This document shows positions 22,536 through 35,894 of a stretch of 64,000 nucleotides of DNA, in pieces. The notes beneath the pieces were generated by a model. That model was not told the origin of the DNA. It worked only from the letters and a program-made list of their open reading frames with translations, and ran no database searches. This stretch comes from Macrostomum lignano (Eukaryota), in contig NIVC01000356.1 in NCBI GenBank assembly GCA_002269645.1, forward strand, positions 592,124-656,123. The letters run 5' to 3'. Positions within the stretch are counted from its first letter, which is position 1. The number at the start of each line of letters is the position of its first letter. A program made the translations under genes and the position numbers.

Positions 22536-23348
22536 TCAAATTCTTTGCTCAACTTCGCCAGCTGTCGGCATCAACGCCACCCGATTCGAGGTGGCAACCA
22601 GCTGCACCGTTTCCACCGCGCCGTTTCCCGGCAGAGACGCCCGCGGCTGGGTCCGCAGGTGCTGCTGGGGCAGGCGGTAGACTCGGTGGCTGCCGTTCTG
22701 CGGCACCCGGAGCCAAGCCATCGGCGCCGCCTCCGCCGGCTGCTGCGGCCGTCTGGGACCAGCCCGGCCGCGGCGCTGATCGCGCAGGCAGCGGCCGCAG
22801 ACGGCCCGACGGAATTCCCGCCGGAATCGAGCCCCGGACGCGCAGTAGAGATAGAAATTGACCACGTGATTGGTGTACATCACCATCTCGGCGACAGCGT
22901 CGGCCAGGTGATAGCGGGCGATTCTGGCGTGATCGGCCGAGCCCGGCAGGTCGCCCAGGATGATTGACAGCTTGAGTACGGCGATCGGCCCGGTGCACAG
23001 CAGGTAAGACGCGGAAATGACGATGAGCATCAGAGTCACCAGGCGGGTTGGAATCTTCGCGACTGCCGTTGTGGTTGCTGCGCCTCCTGCCTCAGCTGCG
23101 CGAGGTCCGACGACCGCTGACAGCAGGCTGGCGCTCCGGTCCTGCTGGCTGCCGCCGACGCCGCCGCCGCCACCGCCACTCATGAGCGACTTGGCTCGCT
23201 TCACCTGCACAATCATGACGGTGTTCATGGCCAGGATCACGGTGAACGGGATGAGCAGGAAGGCCACGGTGTCGGTCCAGTACGCGGCGTAGCCCAGGCC
23301 CAACTCCGGGCGGAGGTCGCAGTCGCTGTAGTTGTAAGTCAGGCCGTC
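22536..23348 (-). CDS. Class A peptide-type GPCR, last exon (ECL2-TM5-TM7, C-tail)
   Basis: Acceptor ttccgcag|GAC; YWTDTVAFLLIPF, VISASYLLCTGP, MYTNHVVNFYLYC, RFRREF. Confidence 0.88.
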   Translation of the reverse strand, partial: DGLTYNYSDCDLRPELGLGYAAYWTDTVAFLLIPFTVILAMNTVMIVQVKRAKSLMSGGGGGGVGGSQQDRSASLLSAVVGPRAAEAGGAATTTAVAKIPTRLVTLMLIVISASYLLCTGPIAVLKLSIILGDLPGSADHARIARYHLADAVAEMVMYTNHVVNFYLYCASGARFRREFRRAVCGRCLRDQRRGRAGPRRPQQPAEAAPMAWLRVPQNGSHRVYRLPQQHLRTQPRASLPGNGAVETVQLVATSNRVALMPTAGEVEQRI

Positions 23349-23353
23349 CTGCG

Positions 23354-24012
23354 GAATTAGGGTAGGTTAGGGTTGAGGAATTAAGGGTAGGTTAGGATTG
23401 AGGAATTAGGGTAAGTTAGGGTTTAGGAATTAAGGGTAGGTTAGGATTGAGGAATTAAGGGTAGGTTAGGATTGAGGAATTAAGGGTAGGTTAGGGTTTA
23501 GGAATTAAGGGTAGGTTAGGATTGAGGAATTAAGGGTAGGTTAGGGTTTAGGAATTAAGGGTAGGTTAGGATTGAGGAATTAAGGGTAGGTTAGGATTGA
23601 GGAATTAAGGGTAGGTTAGGATTGAGGAATTAGGGTAGGTTAGAGTTTAGGAATTAGGGTAGGTTAGGGTTTAGGAATTAGGGTAGGTTAGGGTTTAGGA
23701 ATTAGGGTAGGTTAGGGTTGAGGAATTAAGAGTAGGTTAGGGTTGAGGAATTAAGGGTAGGTTAGGGTTGAGGAATTAGGGTAGGTTAGGATTGAGGAAT
23801 TAGGGTAGGTTAGGGTTTAGGAATTAGGGTAGGTTAGGGTTTAGGAATTAGGGTAGGTTAGGGTTGAGGAATTAAGGGTAGGTTAGGGTTGAGGAATTAA
23901 GGGTAGGTTAGGATTGAGGAATTAAGGGTAGGTTAGGGTTGAGGAATTAGGGTAGGTTAGGATTGAGGAATTAGGGTAGGTTAGGGTTTAGGAATTAGGG
24001 TAGGTTAGGATT
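23354..24012. repeat. Intronic 24-25-bp repeat (gggtaggttagggttgaggaatta)n
   Basis: Directly visible; fills most of the GPCR intron. Confidence 0.95.
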
Positions 24013-24159
24013 GGCCTGACAATGAGAAGGCGACAGGGCTAGGCTGTCCACTCCATGTGAGCGTGTAACTGTGTTAGTCTGCTCCAGAGCATTGGCGTGA
24101 CTGCTCGCCTCCAAGCTGTCTGCGACTCAACTGCCCGAAGAGCCCCCTAAGTCCCCCAC

Positions 24160-24696
24160 CGTGACATTGACGCTCTTTCTCGCCAAGCCCAGCGTCCACA
24201 GCCAGTGCGTGTTGAAGACGGCGTCCAGGCAGAAGATGGCGGCGATGCTCAGTTTGACTCGGCGCGACCTCACAGAGGCGGCGTTGGCCCGCAGCGGGCA
24301 GGCGATGACGCAGAATCGTTCGGTTGTCATGGCAACAATGAGCCACACGGAAGCGTAGCTGCAGCAGAACTGCGTATAGAAAATCATCTTGCAGCTGACG
24401 GCGCTCCAGGTGTCCGGCCGAAAACCGAAGGCCTCCTTGAGCCATTTCCAGAGCAGGCCAGTCAGCAGCACGGCCTGGTCAGTGACGGCCAGCATGAGCA
24501 GGTACCGGTACACCGGAGTGCGACCGCAGCGACTCCGCAGCACGTGGATGCCGAGACAGTTGCCAACAGTGCCTACTAACAGGAGCAAAGGCGGCAGCCA
24601 GCACTTCACCTGCTTGCCAGCCCTGTAGGCTGGGAAATTGTCGTAGAAGTACTGCTCGTACGGGTAGATGTGCATCCTGACCGGCTTCAGGTGGGT
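24160..24696 (-). CDS. Class A GPCR exon (TM1-TM4), FMRFamide/myosuppressin/sex-peptide-receptor-like; any upstream exon not located
   Basis: GTVGNC, LAVTD, CKM, MTTERFCVIACP. Acceptor tgtccgcag at 24697; predicted phase-0 donor ACG|gtgggg at 24159. Confidence 0.82.
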
Positions 24697-24799
24697 CTGC
24701 GGACAGTGTTCGGAATAGTGAAGATTTTTAGTGCTTTGACATCTTCCTCTTAAGCCTCTTAGATGCACATGTCCTGCACATACAATGCACATGTTAGTG

Positions 24800-25395
24800 T
24801 CCCTTTCTGACGCTCATTTTGGCGTCTTTCTGACAGTTCAGTGTCTACCTGACACTTAATTCAGTGTCTACCTGACACCTAATTTAGTGTCTACCTGACA
24901 CTTAATTCAGTGTCTACCTGACACTTAATTCAGTGTCTACCTGACACTTATTTCAGTGTCTACCTGAAACTTAATTCAGTGTCTACCTGACACTCATTTC
25001 AGTGTCTCCCTGACACTCAGTTCAGTGTCTACCTGACCTTCATTTCAGTGTCTACCTGACACTTAATTCAGTGTCTACCTGACCTTCATTTCAGTGTCTA
25101 CCTGACACTCATTTTAGTGTCTACCTGACCTTCATTTCAGTGTCTACCTGACACTCATTTCAGTGTCTCCCTGACACTCAGTTCAGTGTCTACCTGACCT
25201 TCATTTCAGTGTCTACCTGACACTCATTTCAGTGTCTACCTGACACTCATTTCAGTGTCTACCTGACACTCATTTCAGTGTCTACCTGACACTTAATTCA
25301 GTGTCTACCTGACACTCATTTCAGTGTCTACCTGACACTCATTTTAGTGTTTTCCGAACACTCCTTCTAGCGCCTTCCTGACACTCATTTCAGTG
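24800..25395. repeat. 23-bp tandem repeat (cagtgtctacctgacactcattt)n
   Basis: Directly visible. Confidence 0.95.
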
Positions 25396-25879
25396 TCTCA
25401 TTTTTGAATTTCGGAGCCTGTCTAAAAGCCGCTTATCTGATGAGGGCACGGCAGAACACATCAGAAGAGTCACAAAAGTCAGGCCAAGAGTAGAATTCAA
25501 GCAAGAGCTGCAGGCATCCCGTGAAGCACAATTCACTTCACAATTCAGATCAGCCAAGCAAATATGAGAATCTTCAGCCTCCACATCTCTTTAAAATAAA
25601 ATTCCTGAAACAGTGTTTCTCCCCACTTGCCTAAGGCAGATTGGAATCGTTTAGAAAGAGGATTAACGATTATAACAGGGCTAACCTGGGGTATAATCCG
25701 TTCGAATTCCCAGGCACGCTAATTCTTTTTCAAATTTTTTTTTTAAACAAAAATATAATTCTGCCTTCTAACGACCTTTCAAGTTCCTAAATTCTTTCGC
25801 GCTCACTGACTGATGGCTGATAAGTAAAAGAGCTGGCAAAATATTGAATTTTTACTGCTCCTAGAGTACTCGGCAGCCT

Positions 25880-27850
25880 TCTATGATCCTTCCGACTTCC
25901 CATTCCAATCCTTCTGAGCTCCCATTCCAATCCTTCTGAGTTCCCATTGCAGTCCTTCGGACTTCCCATTCCAATCCTTCCGACTTGCCATTCCAATTCC
26001 TCAGACTTCCCATTCCAATCCCTCAGACTTCCCATTCCAATCCCTCAGACTTCCCATTCCAATCCCTCAGACTTCCCATTCCAATCCCTCAGACTTCCCA
26101 TTCCAATCCCTCAGACTTCCAATTCCAATCCCTCAGACTTCCCATTCCAATCCCTCAGACTTCCCATTCCAATCCCTCAGACTTCCCATTCCAATCCCTC
26201 AGACTTCCCATTCCAATCCCTCAGACTTCCCATTCCAATCCCTCAGACTTCCCATTCCAATCCCTCAGACTTCCCATTCCAATCCCTCAGACTTCCCATT
26301 CCAATCCCTCAGACTTCCCATTCCAATCCCTCAGACTTCCCATTCCAATCCCTCAGACTTCGCATTCCAATCCTTCTGGGTTCCCATTCTAATCCTTCCG
26401 ACTTCCCATTCCAATCCCTCAGACTTCCAATTCCAATCCCTCAGACTTCCCATTCCAATCCCTCAGACTTCCCATTCCAATCCCTCCGACTTCCCATTCC
26501 AATCCCTCAGACTTCCCATTCCAATCCTTCCGACTTCCCATTCCAATCCTTCCGACTTCCCATTCCAATCTCTCAGACTTCCCATTCCAATCCTTCCGAC
26601 TTCCCATTCCAATCCTTCCGACTTCCCATTCCAATCTCTCAGACTTCCCATTCCAATCCTTCCGACTTCCCATTCCAATCCTTCCGACTTCCCATTCCAA
26701 TCTCTCAGACTTCCCATTCCAATCCTTCCGACTTCCCATTCCAATCCTTCCGACTTCCCATTCCAATCTCTCAGACTTCCCATTCCAATCCTTCTGAGTT
26801 CTCATTCCAATCTTTTTGACTTCCCATTCCAATCCTTCCGACTCCCCATTCCAATCTCTCAGACTTCCCATTCCAATCCCTCAGACTTCCCATTCCAATC
26901 CCTCAGACTTCCCATTCCAATCCCTCAGACTTCCCATTCCAATCCCTCAGACTTCCCATTCCAATCCCTCAGACTTCCCATTCCAATCCCTCAGACTTCC
27001 CATTCCAATCCCTCAGACTTCCCATTCCAATCCCTCAGACTTCCCATTCCAATCCCTCAGACTTCCAATTCCAATCCCTCAGACTTCCCATTCCAATCCC
27101 TCAGACTTCCCATTCCAATCCCTCAGACTTCCCATTCCAATCCCTCAGACTTCCCATTCCAATCCCTCAGACTTCGCATTCCAATCCTTCTGGGTTCCCA
27201 TTCTAATCCTTCCGACTTCCCATTCCAATCCCTCAGACTTCCAATTCCAATTCCTCAGACTTCCCATTCCAATCCCTCAGACTTCCCATTCCAATCCCTC
27301 CGACTTCCCATTCCAATCCCTCAGACTTCCCATTCCAATCCTTCCGACTTCCCATTCCAATCCTTCCGACTTCCCATTCCAATCTCTCAGACTTCCCATT
27401 CCAATCCTTCCGACTTCCCATTCCAATCCTTCCGACTTCCCATTCCAATCTCTCAGACTTCCCATTCCAATCCTTCCGACTTCCCATTCCAATCTCTCAG
27501 ACTTCCCATTCCAATCCTTCCGACTTCCCATTCCAATCCTTCCGACTTCCCATTCCAATCTCTCAGACTTCCCATTCCAATCCTTCTGAGTTCTCATTCC
27601 AATCTTTTTGACTTCCCATTCCAATCCTTCCGACTCCCCATTCCAATCTCTCAGACTTCCCATTCCAATCCTTCCGACTTCCCATTCCAATCCTTCCGAC
27701 TTCCCATTCCAATTCTTTCAACTTCCCATTCCAATCCTTCTGAGTTCCCATTCCAATCCTTCCGACTTCTCATTCCAATCCTTCCAACTTCCCATTTCAA
27801 TCCCTCCGACTCAGTCGGATCAGTTTTCCTTTCAACTTCCTATTCCAAAC
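25880..27850. repeat. 22-bp tandem repeat (ttcccattccaatccctcagac)n, ~2 kb
   Basis: Directly visible. Confidence 0.97.
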
Positions 27851-28864
27851 CTTCAAAGTTCCAGATAAGCTGAGGCCCCCGAATCCTTTTGCATTTCTTC
27901 TCACTTTTCCTGAGTTTTTCCGCATTCTCAGGGTATCGAAAAATCTTCACAAAGGCGGCAGACGCAGTCAGTGGCGCAGCGGGTTGGTATCATATATCTC
28001 TGATATCCTGATTGCGTGCCAGGCTAAGAGACCACCCAGTGCGTGTGGGAGATGCTCAATTATGATAACCGGGGTGCCCCGGGTTCATTCTCTAAGCTCC
28101 AGTAAGATTGAAGGGTATAAAAGCACTTTTTTTAAAGAACAGGTCTTTTACAAAGTCATTTATCTGTTGGACAGCAAGGGGTCTCCAAAAAGCAGCGACA
28201 ATCACTCCAATGGATAATATTAATATCTCATAAAAAGACCCATAAAACGGATGTAGTTTTAAATGGATAGATCTATATTTTAGCTTCATTAAGTTATACG
28301 AGCTAATCGTACAGACGTATGGTTTTGACTATGAATTCTAAAAAAAATCATCAAAGTCCCACCTGAGAAAGCCATCTGGACTGCTGTACAACATATGAGC
28401 CAAGGACTACTTAGGTAGAAGGACGGCAACCCCATCCCGTGATGAATTTTTTAATTCCTTTTTCTTGTTTCAGAAAAAAATTTTAATCCCACAAAAGTCA
28501 TTTAGAACTCAAAAAAAGTTTTATACTCGTGCCCTAGCTTAATATCTTTGAAAATATTATTTTTGGTCAGTCTGGTTTCCGGTCTGAGGACTTTGCCAAC
28601 TAAGGAAACCCTGGCTTATAAAATGGTAATTGTCTGGAGGAAAGTTGCACCGTGGTTTTTACACCGTTTTCGAACTATTTTGTTTTAATTGAGAGTGAGG
28701 GGGTTACCAGCAACTTGCTCTGGCCAATCAGCACCGAACACGTGGCACAGATAAAACTGGGGGGGGGGTACAACCGGACGCCAGTCACAACAGCAAACGC
28801 TATGAAAAACTGGGGTCGGGGTATAGCCAGCCGCTGATAGCGCGGCGTGGGGTGCTTGCCACAG

Positions 28865-29300
28865 GCCCTGTGTTTGGGGTGGGTGTCGGTGTGCGTCTGT
28901 CTGGGGGGTGGGTGTCGGTGTGCGTCTGTCTGGGGGGTGGGTGTCGGTGTGCGTCTGTCTGGGGGTGGGTGCCGGTGTGCGTCTGTCTGGGGGGGTGGGT
29001 GCCTGTGTGCGTCTGTCTAGGGGTTGGGTGCCGGTGTGCGTCTGTCTGGGGGGTGGGTGCCTGTGTGCGTCTGTCTAGGGGTTGGGTGCCGGTGTGCGTC
29101 TGTCTGGGGGGTGGGTGTCTTGGGGTGGGTGGGTGCCTGTGTGCGTCTGTCTAGGGGGTGGGTGCCTGTGTGCGTCTGTCTAGGGGGTGGGTGCCTGTGT
29201 GCGTCTGTTTAGGGGGTGGGTGCCAGTGTGCGTCTGTCTAGGGGGTGGGTGCCAGTGTGCGTCTGTCTAGGGGGTGGGTGCCTGTGTGCGTCTGTCTGGC
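28865..29300. repeat. ~29-bp G/T-rich tandem repeat (gggtgcctgtgtgcgtctgtctagggggt)n
   Basis: Directly visible. Confidence 0.92.
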
Positions 29301-30149
29301 GGGGGGGTGCCTTTTTAGCCCCTGTGTTGTGCCCGCCTCGCCTTGTCTCGCTTCGCTGGCTTAAGTGCGTTTTTTTACTCTGCTTTTAACCCCCCTTTAC
29401 TCGCCATCACAACTACTAGTTTTTTTCGCTTCATTGGCCTGTCGCTTATATTCGCAAATATAATAGCGTTATATACAATGCGTATCCATACAGGACAGTA
29501 AAACGTTTTTTGTGCGCCTGCAATTGCTGTCTCTCTTCCTCCTCCCTCCGACCTAAAAAACAAAAACACATTCTGCTACAGAAAAAGAGTAGATAAGCAC
29601 ATTTCTGTTAGTGACACAACTAGTTAGTCTATAGTATCGCTAGTGGCCTCATCCCAGACAGCCAGGAGGACAAGGGTTAACCAACCGGAGCTGGCCCTGC
29701 TCAATCCAGGCAATGCAAATTCACTAAATAAAGAAAATCCATTAACCAAACCCTTGACTTGGCCACCTGCTCTAGGAGGGGTCTCTCGTAATCAGGATTA
29801 TTTTGCATCTCTCCGAGAAAGTCTATAGCATTGCTCATCAGCTTGTAATTCCTTCTATAGACTTCGGTGAATTTCCGGATGAGTTAGCACTAGTTTTATC
29901 AGTTCTTCGGTAACTATAACAAAATCCTCCTCTGTGCTGAGTTTTTTAGTTTTTCTAGTAAACTAGCCTGCTAGAAGCGGTTTGTGCCAGTTGTGAGCAG
30001 ACGGAGCGGCTCGACTTCAAAAATAGTTGAAAAGGGGAGAATGAATTAAAAACTCATTGGGTTTTGAAAACGGAAGCCATGGGAACAATTGGATGAAAAG
30101 GAAGAATAAAAAGCATTGATTTGTTTTCAAACTGCAAATACTTTTTGTT

Positions 30150-30765
30150 TGAGAAGTAGAGATTTAGGAGTGAGATCGGCTGAGACTTAGGGGTAAGATA
30201 GACAGAGATTTAGGGATGAGATAGGAAGAGATTTAAGAGTGAGATAGGAAGGATTTAGGTATGAGATAGGAAGAGATTTAGGGATGAGGTAGGAAGAGAT
30301 TTAGGAGTGAGATAGGAAGAGATTTAGGGATGAGGTAGGAAGAGATTTAAAATTGAGATAGACAGAGGTTAAGGGATGAGATAGGATGAGATTTAGAGGA
30401 GATAGGAAGAGATTTAGGTGTTGAGATAGGAAGAGATTTAGGTGTGAGATAGAAAGAGATTTAGGGATGAGGTAGGAAGAGATTTAAAATTGAGATAGAC
30501 AGAGGTTAAGGGATGAGATAGGATGAGATTTAGATGAGATAGGAAGAGATTTAGGAGTGAGATAGGATAAGATATATGGCCAGATAGTAGACATTTAGAA
30601 GTGAGATAGGATGAGACTTGTTAGTGAGATAGGATGAGGTTTGGGAGTGAGATAGGCAGAGATTTAGGGGTGAGATAGAGATTTAGAAGTGAGATAGGAT
30701 GAGATTTAGGGGTGAGATAGGCTGAGATTTAGCAGTGAGATAGAAAGAGATTTTGGGGTGGATAG
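30150..30765. repeat. ~22-bp degenerate purine-rich repeat (gagataggaagagatttaggga)n
   Basis: Directly visible. Confidence 0.9.
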
Positions 30766-31261
30766 GAGCTAGAAAAAATGAATATTTAGGGATGGGAGCT
30801 GCATGAATTTCGGGTCCTTAGCTAGGGTTAAATCTATGCTAAAATAAGATAGTCATCAATATGTTGTGTCTCGGCTAACATCACAGAATGAACTTTTTAC
30901 TACTTGGCTAGCGAAGACTCAGCCCGTGTTCGTATCCGCCTCTAACTCTTACCTAGTCGTCAAGAAAATCCTTAGATGATGCGTAGTAGCGGCAGTGACT
31001 GTGGCGGCTGAGCTGATGATCTCAGATGGGTTTCAAGTTACAGTCGATGTCTGCAGGCGTCAGGCGTGACAGCTGTGGCCAGTGTATGCGATCCGGCAGT
31101 GTGGCATGGATAAGGGATGGTTATTTTTGGGATTTGATAAATTAGAGGCAGCGGAGAATGAAGGAAAGCGAGGGTGAGTGGCTGGGGGAATGAGCCCGAG
31201 TCAGCCAATGGGAGCATCTGTGAATTTGCCATCGGAAAGTTGGGGAATCATGGAGTGAGGA

Positions 31262-33345
31262 TTTGGGAGGTGGGAATCGGGGAATGGGGAATCGGGGAAT
31301 GGGGAATCTGGAAGTGGAAAATAGGGGAATGGGGAATCGGGAAGTGGGGAATCGGGGAATAGGGGAATGGGGAATCAGGGAATGGGGAATCGGGAATCGG
31401 GGAATGGGGAATCGGGAAGTGGGGAATCGGGAAGTGGGGAATCAGGAAGTGGGGAATCGGGGAGTAGGGAATCGGGAATAGGGAATCGGGAAATGGGAAA
31501 TCGTGGAATGGGGAATCGGAAAGTGGGGATCGGGGAATGGGGAATCGGGGAATGGGGAATCGGGGAATGGGAAATCCGGGAATGTGGAATCGGGATGTGA
31601 GGAATCGGGAAATGGGGAATCGGGGAATGTTAAATCCGGGAATGGGGAATCGGGGAATGGGAAATCCGGGAATGGGGAATCGGGATGTGAGGAATCGGGG
31701 AATGGGGAATGGGGATGAGAGGAATCGAGGAATGGGGAATCAGGATGTGAGGAATCGGGGAATGGGGAATAGGGGAATGGGGAATAGGGAAATGGAAAAT
31801 CGGAGAATTCGGAATCTGGGAATGGGAAATTGGGAAGTGGGGAAGCAGGAAGTGGGGAATCAGAGAATGGGAATCAATGAAAGGGGAATCGAGAACTGGG
31901 ATTTGTGGAATGGTGAATCTGGAAGTGGGGAATCGTGAAGTGGGGAATCGGGGAGTGGGGAATCGGGGAGTAGGCAATCGGGGAGTGGGGAACCGGGGAG
32001 TGGGGAATCGGGGAGTGGGGAATCGGAGAGTGGGGAATCGGGGAGTGGGGAATCGGGGAATGGGAAATCAGGGAATGGGGAATGGGGATGTGAGGAATCG
32101 GGGAATGGGGAATGGGGATGTGAGGAATCGGGGAATGGGGAATCGGGGAACGGGGAATCGGGGAGTGGGGAATCGGGGAGTGGGGAATCGGGGAGTAGGC
32201 AATCGGGGAGTGGGGAACCGGGGAGTGGGGAATCGGGGAGTGGGGAATCGGAGAGTGGGGAATCGGGGAGTGGGGAATCGGGGAATGGGAAATCAGGGAA
32301 TGGGGAATGGGGATGTGAGGAATCGGGGAATGGGGAATGGGGATGTGAGGAATCGGGGAATGGGGAATCGGGGAACGGGGAATCGGGGAGTGGGGAATCG
32401 GGGAGTGGGGAATCGGGGAATGGGAAATCAGGGAATGGGGAATGGGGATGTGAGGAATCGGGGAATGGGGAATGGGGATGTGAGGAATCGGGGAATGGGG
32501 AATCGGGGAACGGGGAATCGGGGAATCGGGAATCGGGGAGTGGGGAATCGGGGAGTGGGGAATTGGGGAGTGGGGAATCGGGGAGTAGGGAATCGGAGAG
32601 TAGGGAATCGGGGAGTGGGGTATCGGGGAGTGGGGAATCGGGAGTGGGGAATCGGGGAGTGGGGAATCGGGGAGTGGGGAATCGGGGAATGGGGAATCGG
32701 GGAATGGGAAATCAGGGAATGGGGAATGGGGATGAGAGGAATCGGGGAATTGGGAATCGGGAATGGGGAATGGGGATGTGAGGAATCGGGGAATCGGGAA
32801 TCGGGATGTGAGGAATCGGGAAGTGGGGAATCGAGGCATGGGGAATCGGGGAATGGGAAATCAGGGAGTGGGGAATCGGGGAATGGGAAATCAGGGAATG
32901 GGGAATCGGGGAATGGGAAATCGGGAATGGGGAATGGGGATGTGAGGAATCGGGGAATCGGGAATCGGGATGTGAGGAATCGGGAAGTGGGGAATCGAGG
33001 CATGGGGAATCGGGGAATGGGGAATCGAGGAATGGGGAATCGGGAAGTGGGAAATAGGGGCATGGGGGAATGCGTGGGAATCGGGGAATGGGGAATCGGG
33101 GAATGGGGAATCGGGAAGTGGGGAATCAGGGAATGGGGAATCGGGGAATGGGGAATCGGGAAGTGGGGAATCAGGGAATGGGGAATCAGGGAAAGGGGAA
33201 TCGGGAACTGGGATTTGGGGAATGGGGAATCTGGAAGTGGGGAATCGGGGAGTGGGGAATCGGGGAATGGGGAATCGGGAAGTGGGGAAATCGGGAAGTG
33301 AGGAATCAAAGTGGGAAGCTGAGAAAGGATAATGGGAAGTGGAAG
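31262..33345. repeat. G-rich simple repeat array (ggggaat/ggggaatc variants)
   Basis: Directly visible; strongly strand-biased G runs. Confidence 0.95.
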
Positions 33346-33814
33346 ATTTGAAGGTTGAAATATGCGATTTCAATTGCCTAAATAGGAAGCAGGTTGTTCG
33401 CTTCCAGTATCAAAAACTGATGCGTGTGCCGGCCTAAAACAGAGAGAGCCGACTGGCTGAGCTTTCATCCACGATGAGGCTGCAGAGGTGAACATGTATC
33501 AATTCAAATTGATTTGATTGACAAAACAATTTTTTCGATACACAAAGGTTGGAAAAATCATTTTATTTTTAGAACTGCAGAACTCTTCGAAATCAGGGAG
33601 GAGCAAAAGGGTGATGTTTCTCTAGGCGTAAGAGTTTGCAAAGCTTTTGCAATCGATTTTGGGGGACAATAAGTCTCAGCGTAGCTTTTATCGAAAACCA
33701 TTTGCTGGGAAGCAATGTCATCTGTACTATTGATATATTAAAACTTCTGTCTGATGAGACGGACCACTGAAATATTTTATTTCCGGGAGGGCTGCAGGTG
33801 AAATCCTTCCACAA

Positions 33815-33976
33815 TCGTTGCTGAGGCAGTTCTGCCCATTCCGCTGAATCCTGAGCACATACAAGCGGGCCAATAATGTACACAGGCACGCACTCATGCA
33901 CTCGCTCACACAGGGTGTTCCGCGGCTCTGACTTTCAAATCGTCAGGCATGTACAGTCTCTTCCTCATGCCTCCAT

Positions 33977-34011
<35 letters not shown>

Positions 34012-34149
34012 TGACAGACAGACAGACAGACAGACAGACACACAGACAGACAGACAGACTGACAGACAGACAGACAGACAGACTGACAGACAGACAGACT
34101 GACAGACAGACAGACAGACATACAGACAGACAGACAGACAGACAGACAT

Positions 34150-34184
<35 letters not shown>

Positions 34185-34187
34185 GTC

Positions 34188-34250
<63 letters not shown>
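33815..34250 (-). repeat. Dispersed repeat copy (33815-33960) plus (GACA)n microsatellite (33975-34250)
   Basis: Reverse complement aligns to 22253-22385 over about 130 bp. Confidence 0.8.
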
Positions 34251-35169
34251 AATATCCTGGACGCAGTTAAATGTTGGACACAGACTCCTCGGTGCTTCTC
34301 ACCCTCCTATGTAATTATCCCTCAAAGCTTACCCTTTTGTTCTCAAATCCTACTTAGAGTTCAGTTCGCACGCGGGAGCACCGCATCTGCGCTCTCTAAG
34401 GACAGAATTTCGCCTCCACAAGCTCTTACTCTCTCCAACATTTTCATTACTTTATTTGTTTTGCTATTCGCTACGTGTCACCTGACGCCACACGGACACG
34501 GCCGGCCCGCGCAGGCAGTCGAAACCCTGTGTGGGCGTCTGCTTTTCGTCTGCTTTTCTACGAAAAAATCTGAATTCCCGCCCTCGCAGCTGAAATGTTT
34601 TTATACCAATCCTTTGCTGGAAAACTTAAGTAAGCTATTGAAGACTTGCGCTTCATTGTCTATGGCCCAAAAGACGCTGTTTACCTGTTCACTGCGGCAA
34701 AAATATGAAAAATCTTCGTCAGAAAATTGTCCTTATTAAGTTGGCGTTTCTGACTGAACTCTACTGTCCACTCTAACAGGCCAAGAAATTCAAGGGTCAG
34801 AGATGAGCCATCGTTCCCGCGACTGCGACTGTTTCTGGCATTGTGAACCGTTATTAATTAATACATTAATTCAGTAGCCGATCATTAAGTCCACGCCTGA
34901 ACGTGACCTCTTCAATGGGGACCCGTTCCACCGCACCGTTCGGCAGGTGGAAAGTCTGACGGAGTGCCTATGAAACTGCGGTGCAAATTGCCAGGCTGCT
35001 CACAGCTTCATCCATGGGCCTGTTGTACCGCGTGACCTGGTCTGGTATGTCTAGTGTCACTTTGTTTGCGACTGGACTCGGGAGGACTTATTTTAAATTA
35101 GTATCCAAGGCGACGACTGCCAGTATTTACTTAAATCAGCTTTAAATTTAGAAATCCCCCACTCATAAA

Positions 35170-35480
35170 GTCACTTGTCACAATCTTGTCACTTGTCACG
35201 ATCCTAACACTTGTCACAATCTTGTCACTCGTCACTAGTCACAATCTTGTCACTTGTCCCTAGTCACAATCTTGTCACTTGTCCCTAGACACAATCTTGT
35301 CACTTGTCCCTAGACACAATCTTGTCACTTGTCCCTAGACACAATCTTGTCACTTGTCCCTAGTCACAATCTTGTCACTTGTCACTAGTCACAATCTTGT
35401 CACTTGTCCCTAGTCACAATCTTGTCACTTGTCACTAGTCACAATCTTGTCACTTGTCACTAGTCACAATCTTGTCACAA
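35170..35480. repeat. 25-bp tandem repeat (tagtcacaatcttgtcacttgtccc)n
   Basis: Directly visible. Confidence 0.93.
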
Positions 35481-35894
35481 TCCAATGATCTGGATAAAAG
35501 TTACATAGGAATTTTGGGATAGTGGTCACGTTTTCTTCCTATTGCCCGACGTAAACTAAAAAAAACACCATTGACGTTGACGTCTGGAAGTTTCAAGCTT
35601 CGAACTTGTGGAGTCTCCAGACTTCCGTCCGATGATGTTGACTTTTGATCTCAAAGATAAAAGTGGATCCTGATTGAGGTCAAACTACCGATAGAGAGCA
35701 GCCCCTACTGAAAATACCCCCCTTCGCATAAAAATGGTTTTGGCTTGACTAACCAAGCTTTTCTAAAGCGCAAGAGAATAGTGAGTTCGAACGGTAGTAC
35801 CCTTTTATTGAAAAACTAAGTCTGTTTCCACGTTGACAAAGCAAGGAATGTATATATTTAAATATAGAAGTTTGCCCTATGAGCCGCCCTATGA

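Noticed and set aside
23354-24012. Telomere or interstitial telomeric array
   Set aside because: TTAGGG occurs only as part of a 24-25-bp intronic unit, not as (TTAGGG)n.
28700-28860. CCAAT and CACGTG motifs as a promoter
   Set aside because: Short motifs with no identifiable downstream gene start; expected by chance.
30940-31100. Possible non-coding first exon of the GPCR (minus-strand ACTAG|GTAAGA donor)
   Set aside because: A single good donor is not enough evidence without RNA data.
34880-35090. GC-richer island that could be minus-strand exon(s) (VLPSPVANKVTLDIPDQ...)
   Set aside because: Short, contains an in-frame stop, has no recognisable domain and cannot be linked to a gene without transcript data.
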